Positions 17,046-26,870 of a stretch of 43,009 bases of DNA are shown here, one piece after another. Origin of the DNA: a virus (taxonomy: Duplodnaviria; Caudoviricetes); IMG/VR virus record IMGVR_UViG_3300048855_000065, positions 1 to 43,009 of that record; one strand, 5' to 3'. Position numbers and translations under genes: made by a program. The stretch's first letter is position 1. Each line of letters begins with the position of its first letter. Below the pieces are notes generated by a model that saw only the letters and a list, made by a program, of their open reading frames with translations, was not told the origin of the DNA and did no database searches.

Positions 17046-17393
17046 ATGCCGAGCCGACCGAAGCACCGGTGCACCGGGTCCCCGACCTGCCCAGTCATGC
17101 TGCCCGCCGCGGTCCGGTACTGCGACCAGCACGCCGTCACCTACGAGCAGCAGCGCGGGTCGCGCCAGGCCCGCGGGTACGGCATGACGCACGACCGGCT
17201 ACGTCGCTCGTGGGCGCGGCGCCTCGCGGACGGCGAGCTGGTCTTCTGCTGGCGCTGCGGCCACCGGGTGTTCGCCGACTCCGCCTGGGACCTCGGCCAC
17301 GATGACCATGACCGGTCGCGGCATCGTGGTCCCGAGTGCGAGAACTGCAACCGCCGTGCGGGAGGCCGCGCCGGCGCCCGCGCGCGGCGCTGA
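17046..17393 (+). CDS. Packaging-associated HNH endonuclease
   Basis: RGYG..CWRCG..WDLGH..GPECENCNR; directly upstream of TerS. Confidence 0.85.
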   Translation: MPSRPKHRCTGSPTCPVMLPAAVRYCDQHAVTYEQQRGSRQARGYGMTHDRLRRSWARRLADGELVFCWRCGHRVFADSAWDLGHDDHDRSRHRGPECENCNRRAGGRAGARARR

Positions 17394-17529
17394 GCGACAT
17401 CGCGGACCCCCTCCGAGGGGGTGGGGGGACCCCCTCGGCGGCCGGCTGCCAGTACCGCCGGGGAGGTCAACGCGGGGTGCCGCGAATTGGACCGTTTCTG
17501 GCATCTGACCTGCACAAACGGGGGTTTCG
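17394..17529. other. Probable cos region
   Basis: Non-coding gap between HNH and P27-type TerS; perfect 10-bp inverted repeat 17413-17438. Confidence 0.6.
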
Positions 17530-18021
17530 ATGGGGGTCCCCGGGCGCAAGCCGAAGCCGACGCTGGCCGTCGTCCGCGAGGGCAACCCCGGCCACCGGCC
17601 GGTCCGCGAGGGCGTCGCGCTGCCGCCGTCGGCGCTCATCGAGCCGTCGTGGTCGCACATCTTCCCCGGCCCGAGCCGGCCGGAGCTGCGGGCGCGCAAG
17701 ACCGCGGCCGCGCTGTGGCGCAAGCTCGCGCCCACGCTGTCCCGCTCGGTCGGGCTCGTCGGTGAGCAGCAGGAGGTGCTCGTCGACTTCTGCGTGACGT
17801 GGGCCCGCATCGAGCAGGGCGAGCGCGCGCTGTCCATGGAGGGCGTCGTGATCACCACGCGCGGCTCGTGGGTGAAGAACCCGTGGGTGACCGTGCTGAA
17901 CCAGTACCGCTCGCACCTCCGGTCGCTCATCGGCGAGCTCGGGCTGTCGCCGTCGGCGGCGACACGGCTTGGAGGTCGAGGCGATGACGGCGAAGACGGG
18001 GAAGGGCCGTTCGACTCCTGA
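17530..18021 (+). CDS. terS: Terminase small subunit (P27 family)
   Basis: GRKPKPT..GNPGHRP..KNPW..ELGLSPSA. Confidence 0.92.
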   Translation: MGVPGRKPKPTLAVVREGNPGHRPVREGVALPPSALIEPSWSHIFPGPSRPELRARKTAAALWRKLAPTLSRSVGLVGEQQEVLVDFCVTWARIEQGERALSMEGVVITTRGSWVKNPWVTVLNQYRSHLRSLIGELGLSPSAATRLGGRGDDGEDGEGPFDS

Positions 18022-19732
18022 CCTGCCGGTCCCCGTCGAGGCGCTGCTCGAGCTCGGGCTGACCGAAGAGCAGATCGAGGACGCGCGCTCGCGGGCGCCG
18101 CTGGTGCTCGCGTTCCAGGCGGACCAGCACCCCGACGCCTGGTTCGACGTCGAGCGCGTGCAGCGCAAGCTCGACGCCCTCGCGCAGTTCAAGCACACGA
18201 AGGGCCGCTGGGCCGGGGTGCACATGCGCCTGGGCGAAGGCCTGGACCCGTGGCAAGTCGTGTGGGTCATCGCCCCGGTGTTCGGGTGGGTCTACCACGA
18301 CGCCGAGATCGACGCTGTCGTGCGGGTCATCCGCGCGGTGTGGGTCGAGGTCCCGCGCAAGAACGGAAAGTCGACGATCTCGTCCGCCATCTCGGCGATC
18401 CTGCTGCTCGCCGACGGCGAGATGGGCGCCGAGGTGTACAACGCGGCCGGCTCCAAGGAGCAGGCCCGCCGCGTGTTCGACGACGCGAAGCGCATGATGC
18501 TCACCTCGCGTGCCGCCCGGGCACGCACGGAGCCGCTCACCGACGTCGTCCGCGCGCCGCGCACGGGCGGCATCCTGCGCGTGCTGTCCCGGGTCTCTGA
18601 GACGGCCCACGGCCTGAACGTGTCCGGCGCGGTCATCGACGAGATCCACACCCTGCGCCTGCGCCGCGGCCTGGTCGAGGCGATCGAGACGGGCACCGGC
18701 GCCCGCGACCAGCCGCTGATCATCTTCATCACTACCGCGGATGAGGACGAGGAAGGCACCGTCTACGACGAGAAGCACACGTACACGCGCAACGTCGCGA
18801 ACGGCGTCGTGCAGGACCCCGGCCACTACGGCGTCATCTGGGCCGCCGCGGAGGACGAGGACCCGTTCGACGAGACGACGATGCTCCGGGCCAACCCAGG
18901 CGCACCGAAGTCCCCGACGATGTCCTACCTGCGCCGCGAGGCGAAGAAGGCGCAGTCCTCGCCGACCTACCTGCCGTCGTACCTCCGGCTCTCGCTGAAC
19001 GTCCGGCGCCGCGACACCGCGCGGTTCATCGACATGGACCGGTGGGCGGCCTGCGGTGGTCGGCTGAGCCGCGCCGAGATGCGCGGCCGCCGCGCCTGGG
19101 GCGGTCTCGACCTGTCCGCGGTGTCCGACTTCACCGCGTGGGCGGTCTGGGTCGAGTCGAACCGGCCCGGGCACGAGCTCGACCTCATGACGCGGTTCTG
19201 GATCCCGTCGGAGCGCGTCGAGGACCTCGAGCAGCAGCTCATGGTGCCGCTTCGCACGTGGGTCGAGCAGGGCTGGGTCACGGCCACCGAGGGCGACGCG
19301 ATCGACTACTCCGCGATCGAGCGCACCGTCGTGGGTGACTGCCGGCACCTGAACATGCAGCGCGTCTCCTATGACCGGATGTTCGCCGGCCAGCTCGTGC
19401 AGAACCTCGAGCGCAAGCTCGCCGGCGGCGTCGACCTGTCCCCGGTCCCGCAGACCTTCCTCGGGCTGTCGCCAGCCACGAAGGAGCTCGAGCGGCTCGT
19501 GCTCACCGCGGGCATGCGGCACGGCGACAACCCGGTCCTGCGGTGGATGGCCTCGGTGACCGACGTCAAGACCGACGGGCTCGACAACGTCCGGCCGGTG
19601 AAGCCGGACCGCAAGAAGTCCGTGACCCGCATCGACGGCATCCAGGCCGCCGTGACCGGGCTCGACGGCAAGCTGCGCTCGCCCGCCGGCGAGCGTCCCA
19701 AGACGTCCACCGCCATGTACGGCTACGCGTGA
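17984..19732 (+). CDS. terL: Terminase large subunit
   Basis: Walker A PRKNGKST, Walker B VIDEIH, nuclease GLDLS and RIDG. Confidence 0.96.
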   Translation: MTAKTGKGRSTPDLPVPVEALLELGLTEEQIEDARSRAPLVLAFQADQHPDAWFDVERVQRKLDALAQFKHTKGRWAGVHMRLGEGLDPWQVVWVIAPVFGWVYHDAEIDAVVRVIRAVWVEVPRKNGKSTISSAISAILLLADGEMGAEVYNAAGSKEQARRVFDDAKRMMLTSRAARARTEPLTDVVRAPRTGGILRVLSRVSETAHGLNVSGAVIDEIHTLRLRRGLVEAIETGTGARDQPLIIFITTADEDEEGTVYDEKHTYTRNVANGVVQDPGHYGVIWAAAEDEDPFDETTMLRANPGAPKSPTMSYLRREAKKAQSSPTYLPSYLRLSLNVRRRDTARFIDMDRWAACGGRLSRAEMRGRRAWGGLDLSAVSDFTAWAVWVESNRPGHELDLMTRFWIPSERVEDLEQQLMVPLRTWVEQGWVTATEGDAIDYSAIERTVVGDCRHLNMQRVSYDRMFAGQLVQNLERKLAGGVDLSPVPQTFLGLSPATKELERLVLTAGMRHGDNPVLRWMASVTDVKTDGLDNVRPVKPDRKKSVTRIDGIQAAVTGLDGKLRSPAGERPKTSTAMYGYA

Positions 19733-19745
19733 TCGGAGGTGGATC

Positions 19746-21239
19746 GTGGACCAGGCCACTGCACTTCGCCGGGTGAACCACGGCACCGCCATGCTCGCCG
19801 AGCAGCGCCCGACGTGGGACCTGCACCAGCGCTACCTCGACGGCGACCACGACCTGCCGTTCGCGCCCGAGGGCGTGTCCCAGGAGTACATGGAGCTGCG
19901 CCAGCAGGCGCCGATCAACTGGCTCCCGCTCGCCATGGGCGCCCCGGTGCAGCGCTGCCGCATCGACGGCTTCCGCAGCGGCCGCGGGAAGGACGCGCAG
20001 GACCTCGCCGAGTGGATCACGGTGTGGCAGTCCAACCGTCTGGACCAGCGCCAGAAGATCGTCTACCTCGAGTCGATGGCGCACGGCCGCGGCATCATGT
20101 CCGTCAGCGCGAACCCGAACAACCGCGACCGGCCGCGGGTGCTCGTCGAGTCGAGCAAGCGGGTGTGGATCGAGCCGGACCCCGAGGACCCGTTCAAGCC
20201 GCTCTACGCGGTCAAGGTGATCAACCTCGAGGACCAGGCCACCAGCCAGCTGTGGCTGCCCTCCGGCGTCACCGTGGGGGCGTCGCAGCGGGCCTACGTC
20301 TACGACGACGCCACCTGGGCGAAGTTCGAGCGGCGCGGGCTCGGCGCGCAGTGGCAGTTCGTCGAGGTCGGCACGCACGCGCTCGGCGACGTCCCGTTCG
20401 TCCCCTTCGACGTGAACGTCGACGCCGAGGGCCGGCCGCACTCGGCACTCGCGCCGCTGATCCCGAGCTCGGACGCCATCAACACGATCCGGTTCCAGGC
20501 GCTGCTCGCCCTGCAGTTCTCCGCGTACCGGCAGCGCGCGATCACCGGATTCGACCCCGTCGTCCGCGACGAGAACGGCCAGCCGGTCTACCGGAAGAAC
20601 CTCGACGGCTCCGTCATGGTCGACCCGAAGACCGGCGGCCCGATCCCGGTCACCACGACCCTGGGACGCGTCGGCGTCGACCGGGCCCTGGTGTTCCCCG
20701 GCGAGGCGACCAAGGTGTTCGACCTGCAGGAGTCGGACATGAAGAACTACGTGGAGCTCCTCACCGAGTTCCTCGTCCAGTTCTTCGCCCGCGCGCAGGT
20801 CCCGCCGCAGTACCTCCTGTCGCGGATGGCGAACCTGTCCGGCGACGCGCTCGCCGGCGCGGAGTCGACGCTCTCCTCGCTCGTCTCGGACCTGCAGGCG
20901 GGGTGGGGCGAGTCCGCCGAGCAGGTCATGCGGCTGTCCGCCCGTGCCCGCGGCAACGCGGAGCCCGACCTGGCGTCCGAGGTCGTGTGGGCCGACGCCG
21001 AGGCTCGGTCGTTCGGCGCGACGATCGACGCGATCGTCAAGCTCATCGGCACCGGGTTCCCCAAGCGTGCCGCGTTCGAGATGCTCCCTGGCGCGACCCC
21101 GCAGAAGGTGAGCCGCTGGATGGACCTGGCGGCCGCGGAGCGCGAGGAGCTGAACCGCGAGGTGCTCGCCGAGGTCGAGCGCGACCTCGCCGGCGAGGGC
21201 ATCGATGAGGAGGGCGCCGACGATGGCGCCGCTGCCTGA
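19746..21239 (+). CDS. Portal protein (SPP1 gp6-like)
   Basis: YLDGDH..NWLPLA..NLSGDAL; follows TerL. Confidence 0.9.
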   Translation: MDQATALRRVNHGTAMLAEQRPTWDLHQRYLDGDHDLPFAPEGVSQEYMELRQQAPINWLPLAMGAPVQRCRIDGFRSGRGKDAQDLAEWITVWQSNRLDQRQKIVYLESMAHGRGIMSVSANPNNRDRPRVLVESSKRVWIEPDPEDPFKPLYAVKVINLEDQATSQLWLPSGVTVGASQRAYVYDDATWAKFERRGLGAQWQFVEVGTHALGDVPFVPFDVNVDAEGRPHSALAPLIPSSDAINTIRFQALLALQFSAYRQRAITGFDPVVRDENGQPVYRKNLDGSVMVDPKTGGPIPVTTTLGRVGVDRALVFPGEATKVFDLQESDMKNYVELLTEFLVQFFARAQVPPQYLLSRMANLSGDALAGAESTLSSLVSDLQAGWGESAEQVMRLSARARGNAEPDLASEVVWADAEARSFGATIDAIVKLIGTGFPKRAAFEMLPGATPQKVSRWMDLAAAEREELNREVLAEVERDLAGEGIDEEGADDGAAA

Positions 21240-22446
21240 CGCCGCCGTCCGCCACTACGCCGCCGTCCAGACGCTGCAGGCCCGTGCGCTGCGGGCCGGG
21301 TGGCGCGCGTGGGAGCAGCTCCGCCCCGGTGACCTGACCGGCTCGTGGCGGGCCGCCCTGCCGGCGCTCGCGGAGGCGGTCGCCCGGCTGCAGCTCGAGG
21401 CGGCCGCAGCCGGGGCGACGTACTCCGCGGCCACGCTCGCCGAGCAAGGCGCGTGGGTCGCGCCGCAGGCGATCGCCGACCCGACCGCCTGGGTCGGGTA
21501 CGCCTCGTCCGGCGCGGCGCTCGAGTCGGCGCTGTACTCGCCCGTCCCGGCCGCGAAGCGCAGCATCTCCGAGGGCGCCACAGTCGCCCAGGCGATCGCG
21601 TCCAGCCGGAAGTACCTCGGCGTCGTGCTGCGCACGCAGATCGCGGACACGGCCCGCTCGGCGGCCTCGGTCGACATCGCGATGCGGCCGGGCACCGGGT
21701 ACGTCCGGATGCTCAACCCGCCGTCGTGCGACCGGTGCGTCGTGCTGGCGGGGCGGTTCTACCGGTGGAACGCCGGGTTCCGCCGGCACCCGAAGTGCGA
21801 CTGCGTGCACGTCGTGGCGCGGGCCCGGTCCACGCAGGCGGCGCTCGACGAAGGCCTCGTGCGCGACCCGGACGACTACTTCCGGTCGCTGCCGGCCGCC
21901 GAGCAGGACCGGGTGTTCGGCAAGGGCAACGCGCAGGCCATCCGGGACGGCGCGGACATCTCCCGGACGGTGAACGCCCGCCGCGGCGCGAGCGGCCTCT
22001 ACACGACCGAGGGGACCACTCGCCGCGGGTTCGCCCGCGACCTCCGCGGCCGCCGGCTCACCCCGGACGGGATCTACCGCACGGCGAGAACCCGCGAGGA
22101 GGCCCGCGAGCTGCTCGAGCAACACGGGTACGTCCTGCCAGGCGGCGAGCTGCCACGGGGCCGCGACTACGAGGGCTTCGGTGCCCTCGGCCGCGGCGGC
22201 CGGGCCGTCGGCGCCCGCGCGGTCGTCCTGCGCGCGCAGGCGACCGGCGTCCGGCCGGGCTCGCGCTACACGATGACCGAGGCCGAGCGCCGCGTCCTGG
22301 ACTCGCGCCTGCGGTACGAGGACGTGCTCCGCGGCCGCAACCCCTGGCGCCGCGACGGCAAGGGCCTGACGCCCGAGCTGTCGGCGCGCGCCGAGACCGA
22401 GTACCGCCGGTGGCTCACCACCGGCGGCCAGCTCTACACCGAGTGA
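21223..22446 (+). CDS. MuF-like minor capsid/maturation protein
   Basis: SCDRCVVLAGRFY..FRRHPKCDC; follows portal. Confidence 0.75.
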   Translation: MAPLPDAAVRHYAAVQTLQARALRAGWRAWEQLRPGDLTGSWRAALPALAEAVARLQLEAAAAGATYSAATLAEQGAWVAPQAIADPTAWVGYASSGAALESALYSPVPAAKRSISEGATVAQAIASSRKYLGVVLRTQIADTARSAASVDIAMRPGTGYVRMLNPPSCDRCVVLAGRFYRWNAGFRRHPKCDCVHVVARARSTQAALDEGLVRDPDDYFRSLPAAEQDRVFGKGNAQAIRDGADISRTVNARRGASGLYTTEGTTRRGFARDLRGRRLTPDGIYRTARTREEARELLEQHGYVLPGGELPRGRDYEGFGALGRGGRAVGARAVVLRAQATGVRPGSRYTMTEAERRVLDSRLRYEDVLRGRNPWRRDGKGLTPELSARAETEYRRWLTTGGQLYTE

Positions 22447-22524
22447 CTCCCCGCGACCGCGGGTAGGCGCCCACGCCCGGCGCTCAACGGGTGGTGCAAG
22501 GCCGACGGGCTCACGGAGAACAAC

Positions 22525-23244
22525 ATGACCAGCACGATCACGACGGCGCCGCGCGCGCCGCGGTACAGCGCACCGAACATCGGCGTCCCGAACGTCCTCA
22601 ACCTGCGGGGCCTGCGGTTCATGACCGCCGGAACCGGCGACGAGGGCGGCTCCGGTGCCGCCGGCGGGGGCGCCGGCAGCGGCGAGGGCGGCGACAAGAG
22701 CGGCAACGGCGGGTACACGCCCCCCGCGACCCAGGCCGACCTCGACGCGATCATCGAGAAGCGGCTCGCGCGTGTGCGGCAGACCTACGCCGACCATGAC
22801 GACCTCAAGGCCAAGGCCGCGCGCCTGGACGAGCTCGAGGCGGCGTCTGCCAGCGACCTCGACAAGGCCGTGAAGAAGGCCCGCGAGGAGGCGACCGCCG
22901 AGACCACGGCGAAGACGAACGCACTGCTCGTCTCCGCCGAGCTCCGCGCGCTCGCGGCCGCGGCGAAGTTCCGCAACCCCGCGGACGTCGTCGCGCTCCT
23001 CGGCGCGGACAAGGTCGCCGCCGTGAAGGTCAACGCCGACGGCACGATCGACGGCGCCGCGGCCAAGGTCCTCGTCGACGACCTCGCCAAGGAGCGGCCG
23101 TACCTGGTCGACGACGGCGCGGCCCAGCAGCACGGGATCGTCCCGGGCGCCGGCGCCACCGACGCCGGCAAGCAGGCCACCCAGCCCGCCCCGGGCATGG
23201 GCTCGCTGCGCGCCGCCTACGCGGAGTCCAGCACCAAGAAGTGA
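22525..23244 (+). CDS. Capsid scaffolding protein
   Basis: TQADLDAIIEKRLAR coiled coil, RPYL motif; precedes capsid gene. Confidence 0.85.
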   Translation: MTSTITTAPRAPRYSAPNIGVPNVLNLRGLRFMTAGTGDEGGSGAAGGGAGSGEGGDKSGNGGYTPPATQADLDAIIEKRLARVRQTYADHDDLKAKAARLDELEAASASDLDKAVKKAREEATAETTAKTNALLVSAELRALAAAAKFRNPADVVALLGADKVAAVKVNADGTIDGAAAKVLVDDLAKERPYLVDDGAAQQHGIVPGAGATDAGKQATQPAPGMGSLRAAYAESSTKK

Positions 23245-23301
23245 CCCCACCCGGGGGGCGTCGGCCGCCCGGTTCTCTCCCGAGAGGAAGGACGAGCCAC
23301 C

Positions 23302-24258
23302 ATGGCTGTCACCCTGCCCGAAGCGGCGAAGCTCTCCCAGACGCACCTGCAGCGCGGCGTCATCGAGACCTTCGTCCAGACCTCCCCGGTCCTGGACCGC
23401 CTGCCCCTGATGTCGATCGAGGGCAACGCGTTCGCCTACGACCAGGAGGCCACGCTCCCCGGTGTGGAGTTCCGCGCCGTCAACGAGGCCTACGTCGAGT
23501 CGACCGGCACCGTCAACCAGCTCACCGAGGCCCTGGTGATCCTGGGTGGCGACGCCGACGTCGACCAGTTCATCCAGCAGACGCGCAGCGACGTCAACGA
23601 CCAGCGCGCCGTGCAGACCGCGATGAAGGTCAAGGCCGCCTCCTACAAGTTCCAGGAGACGTTCTTCAACGGGGACGTCACCGTCAACCCGAAGGGCTTC
23701 GACGGGTTGCGCAAGCGCCTCGTCGGCGGCCAGGTCATCGACGCCGGCACCAACGGCATCCCGGTGCTCGGCAACGGCGCCTCGGACGCGCAGGACTTCT
23801 TCGACGCGCTCGACGCGCTCGTCGCCGCGGTGCCGGGCCTCGACGGCACCAACGGCGCCATCTACGCCAACTCGGTGATCCAGGGCAAGATCCGCTCCGC
23901 CGGCCGGCGCATCGGCGGCACCGAGACCGTCCGCGAGGACACCACCGGCAAGCGCGTCCTGCAGTGGAACGGGATCCCGATCCTCGACCCGGGCGCGACG
24001 GCCGCCGGCGCGCCGATCCTCGGCCAGGCCGAGACCCAGGGCACCGCCACCAACGCCTCCTCGATCTACGCCGTGAAGTTCGGTCAGGACGAGGGCGACC
24101 AGGCCGTCACCGGCCTGACCAACGGCGGCGTCCAGGTCCGCGACCTCGGCGAGCTGCAGGAGAAGCCGGCCCTGCGCACCCGGATCGAGTTCTACTGCGG
24201 CCTCGCGGTCTTCGGCGGCAAGGCCGCGGCCCGCCTGCGCGGCGTCCTGAACTCCTGA
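23302..24258 (+). CDS. Major capsid protein
   Basis: MAVTLPEAAKL..FRAVNE..GGDADVD..FDGL..AAARLRGV. Confidence 0.92.
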   Translation: MAVTLPEAAKLSQTHLQRGVIETFVQTSPVLDRLPLMSIEGNAFAYDQEATLPGVEFRAVNEAYVESTGTVNQLTEALVILGGDADVDQFIQQTRSDVNDQRAVQTAMKVKAASYKFQETFFNGDVTVNPKGFDGLRKRLVGGQVIDAGTNGIPVLGNGASDAQDFFDALDALVAAVPGLDGTNGAIYANSVIQGKIRSAGRRIGGTETVREDTTGKRVLQWNGIPILDPGATAAGAPILGQAETQGTATNASSIYAVKFGQDEGDQAVTGLTNGGVQVRDLGELQEKPALRTRIEFYCGLAVFGGKAAARLRGVLNS

Positions 24259-24263
24259 CGACC

Positions 24264-24301
24264 ACGGCCGGGCGGCCAGCGAACGCGCGCCGCCCGGCCG
24301 T
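24264..24301 (+). terminator. Hairpin after the capsid gene
   Basis: 13-bp perfect stem ACGGCCGGGCGGC/GCCGCCCGGCCGT, no U-tract. Confidence 0.5.
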
Positions 24302-24338
24302 ACCACCCGTCCCGAAGCGCCCCGCGAAGGAGACCGCG

Positions 24339-24914
24339 ATGACCAGCACCACCGAGACCACGCCCTACGACCCGGCCGAGCACAGCGTGGCCGAGGTCAA
24401 CGACCACCTCGCCACCCTCGACCGCACCACCGAGGACGGCCTCGCCGAGTTCCACCGGATCCTGCAGGCCGAGTCCGACCGCGGCGACAAGGCCCGCTCC
24501 ACCATCACCGGGAAGGCCTGGCCGGACCCCGAGCCGGCCGACGGCGGCCGCGGCGAGGACGACACCGCGGGGGAGGGCGACGACGGCGCGAGCACCCCGC
24601 CGGACCCCTACGACAACCCGACGAGCACCACGCTCGACAGCGACGTCACCCGCCCGTCCACGACGGCCCCCGGCGACGGACCGGCCGACACCACCGACCC
24701 GAACGAGCGCGCGACCTCCATCACCCCGCGACCGGGCCCGGAGGCGCTCGCGGCGGGCACGGTGAACGCCGTGCAGCCGCTGCCGAAGGCGGCGACCAAG
24801 CGCTCGGCGGCCAAGGCGAAGGAGCGCACCGAGCGGTACACCGGCCGCCGCCCGGACGGCACCGAGGTGACCGTCGAGCGGAACATCGACACCGGCGAGA
24901 CCAAGCTGGTCTGA
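24339..24914 (+). CDS. Head-associated hypothetical protein
   Basis: AAGGAG RBS; YDPAEHSVAEV..ESDRGDKARSTI helical module and low-complexity middle. Confidence 0.7.
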   Translation: MTSTTETTPYDPAEHSVAEVNDHLATLDRTTEDGLAEFHRILQAESDRGDKARSTITGKAWPDPEPADGGRGEDDTAGEGDDGASTPPDPYDNPTSTTLDSDVTRPSTTAPGDGPADTTDPNERATSITPRPGPEALAAGTVNAVQPLPKAATKRSAAKAKERTERYTGRRPDGTEVTVERNIDTGETKLV

Positions 24915-24945
24915 GCCCCGCCGGGCAGGAAGGAGGTGGGGCGGC

Positions 24946-25353
24946 ATGGCCACCTACGCCACCGTCCAGGACGTCGCGGACCGTCTGCGCCGCCCCATCT
25001 CCGACCAGGCCGAGCGCACGGCGGTCGAGCGCTGGCTCGAGGACGCCGAGTCGAAGATCCGCGGTCGGATCCGCGACCTCACGCAGCTCGTCACCGACGC
25101 AGATCCGGCGCCGCTCGGGCTGATCCAGCGCCGGACCGTCGTGTCGGTGGAGGCACGGGCCGTCGCCCGGGTCGCGAAGAACCCCGAGGGCTACCGCTCG
25201 ACCACGATCGACGACTACACCCGCACCCGCGACCGTGTCCTGTCCGACGGCGAGGTCCGGATCACCGACGAGGAGTGGGCCGAGCTCATCCCCACCCTGA
25301 CCGGTGCCGGCCTCGCAGGCGGGTACACCATCGGCTTCGGGACCCCGCTGTGA
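24946..25353 (+). CDS. Head-to-tail adaptor
   Basis: YATVQDVADRLRR..KNPEGYRSTTIDDY. Confidence 0.85.
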   Translation: MATYATVQDVADRLRRPISDQAERTAVERWLEDAESKIRGRIRDLTQLVTDADPAPLGLIQRRTVVSVEARAVARVAKNPEGYRSTTIDDYTRTRDRVLSDGEVRITDEEWAELIPTLTGAGLAGGYTIGFGTPL

Positions 25354-25784
25354 ACGACCTGGCCGACCTGCTCCGCGACGGGCGCCGCGAGGCCGAGGCG
25401 CTCATGGTCGACACCTGCAAGATCACGCGGCCCGACCCGAACGCTCCGAGCGACCCGATCACCGGCGCCGGCGGCGGCCGCGTCGTCGTCTACCCGGACC
25501 CGGCGTGGCCGGACGACCACCCGTGGAAGAACGGGCCGTGCAAGGTCCAGGCCGGTGCCGCCCAGGAGCGCAACCCCGAGGCCGGCGGGTACAGCTACAC
25601 CGTCCAGCGGTACGAGGTGCATCTGCCCGTCGGGGCCTACGCCCCGCACGTGCGCGACGACGTCGAGGTCACGACCTCGCTGCTCGACCCGCACCTTGCC
25701 GGCCGGCACGTCACCGTGACCGCGCTGCTGCACAAGTCCATGGCGACCGCCTACCGGCTCGCCGTCACCGACGGGAGCGCCTGA
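25350..25784 (+). CDS. Head-to-tail stopper (DUF6093-like)
   Basis: GRREAEALMVDTCKITR..GPCKVQ..VHLP..KSMATAYR. Confidence 0.8.
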   Translation: MNDLADLLRDGRREAEALMVDTCKITRPDPNAPSDPITGAGGGRVVVYPDPAWPDDHPWKNGPCKVQAGAAQERNPEAGGYSYTVQRYEVHLPVGAYAPHVRDDVEVTTSLLDPHLAGRHVTVTALLHKSMATAYRLAVTDGSA

Positions 25785-26023
25785 TGGACGAAGACGACCA
25801 GCTGCAGGCGATCGCTGACGCCGCCGACGGCGCGATCCGGGCACAGGGCTGGATGCCGACGGGCGTGCTGGTCCTGGCGACCGTGCTCACGGAGGACGGG
25901 CGTCGCGACGTCTGCATCGCGCCGAGCCGGGACATCCGCGCGATCGAGAGTCTCGGACTCCTGCGCTACGCCATCCTCCGCGAGGAGGCCGGCATCACCC
26001 GGGAGGTGCTCGGCGATGGCTGA
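25784..26023 (+). CDS. Small hypothetical protein in the neck cluster
   Basis: TGATG coupling; 79 aa. Confidence 0.65.
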   Translation: MDEDDQLQAIADAADGAIRAQGWMPTGVLVLATVLTEDGRRDVCIAPSRDIRAIESLGLLRYAILREEAGITREVLGDG

Positions 26024-26420
26024 CAGCATCGACATCGACGCCAGCGAGTTCGGTCAGCTCGCCAGCGACCTCACCGCCGCCGGATCAGGCATCGCCGGCA
26101 AGGTCCGCCCGGTCGTCGTCCGCGGCGCCGTGAACGTCAAGAACCGCCTCCGCGCGGACATGCGCGCCTCGACGCACTTCCGCGGCGCGGCCAACGACAT
26201 CGACTTCTCGATGACCAGCCAGAGGGTCTTCGGCGTCGGCGTCATCGAAGCCGAGATCGGTCCGCGCTCGGGTCCGGGGCAGCCAGGCGCGATCGCCAAC
26301 GTCGCCTACTTCGGCACGTCCCGCGGTGGCGGCACCGTCCCCGATCCGCAGACCGCGCTCGACGCCGAGGCCGCCGGGTTCGAGCAGGCGCTCGCGGCGG
26401 CGCTCGAGGGCCTCCTGTGA
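26016..26420 (+). CDS. Neck/tail-completion protein (HK97 gp10-like)
   Basis: AEIGP..IANVAYFGTS..PDP; synteny. Confidence 0.75.
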   Translation: MADSIDIDASEFGQLASDLTAAGSGIAGKVRPVVVRGAVNVKNRLRADMRASTHFRGAANDIDFSMTSQRVFGVGVIEAEIGPRSGPGQPGAIANVAYFGTSRGGGTVPDPQTALDAEAAGFEQALAAALEGLL

Positions 26421-26806
26421 TGGACACCCACGTCACCGCGATCGAGCGGCTGCTCGAGCCACTCGGGTACCCGACCTTCTACGTCGACGTCCCCGACGCG
26501 CCGCCACGCGCGTACCTGCTGACGTGGAGCTCGAACGGCATCCCGTGGGACACCGAGCGCACGAACGCCGCGCCGGAAGACCTGACCGACCTCCTCGGCA
26601 TCACGCACGTCGCGGACACCGCACGCGGGGTACTGCAGCTACGCCAGCGGGTGCGCGCGGTGCTCAACGACGCACGGCCGACCGTCCCGGGCCGGTTCGT
26701 CGAGCTCCACCTGTTCGACTCCCAGCGCACCCAGGTCGACCGCGACGTCGCCCCGCACGTGCCCTACGGAGTGGACATCTACCGGCTCACGTCCGACCCC
26801 GCCTGA
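26417..26806 (+). CDS. Tail terminator
   Basis: Size, position before major tail gene, QVDRDV..YGVDIY. Confidence 0.7.
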   Translation: MMDTHVTAIERLLEPLGYPTFYVDVPDAPPRAYLLTWSSNGIPWDTERTNAAPEDLTDLLGITHVADTARGVLQLRQRVRAVLNDARPTVPGRFVELHLFDSQRTQVDRDVAPHVPYGVDIYRLTSDPA

Positions 26807-26870
26807 CCCCGTCACCCACCCAGCCCCGCGGCGCCCGCCACGGGGCCCGTCAGCACGCCAGGAGGCTGCC

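Noticed and set aside
21043-24306. 1087-aa minus-strand ORF and similar long antisense ORFs (e.g. 17927-19792, 34783-36705, 6048-7577)
   Set aside because: Shadows of real + strand genes in very GC-rich DNA; no motifs, RBS or coherent composition
23241-24914. 557-aa frame suggesting a -1 frameshift fusion of capsid to the next gene
   Set aside because: No slippery sequence at the capsid 3' end; the downstream gene has its own AAGGAG RBS at ATG 24339; the upstream part is Arg/Pro-rich off-frame sequence
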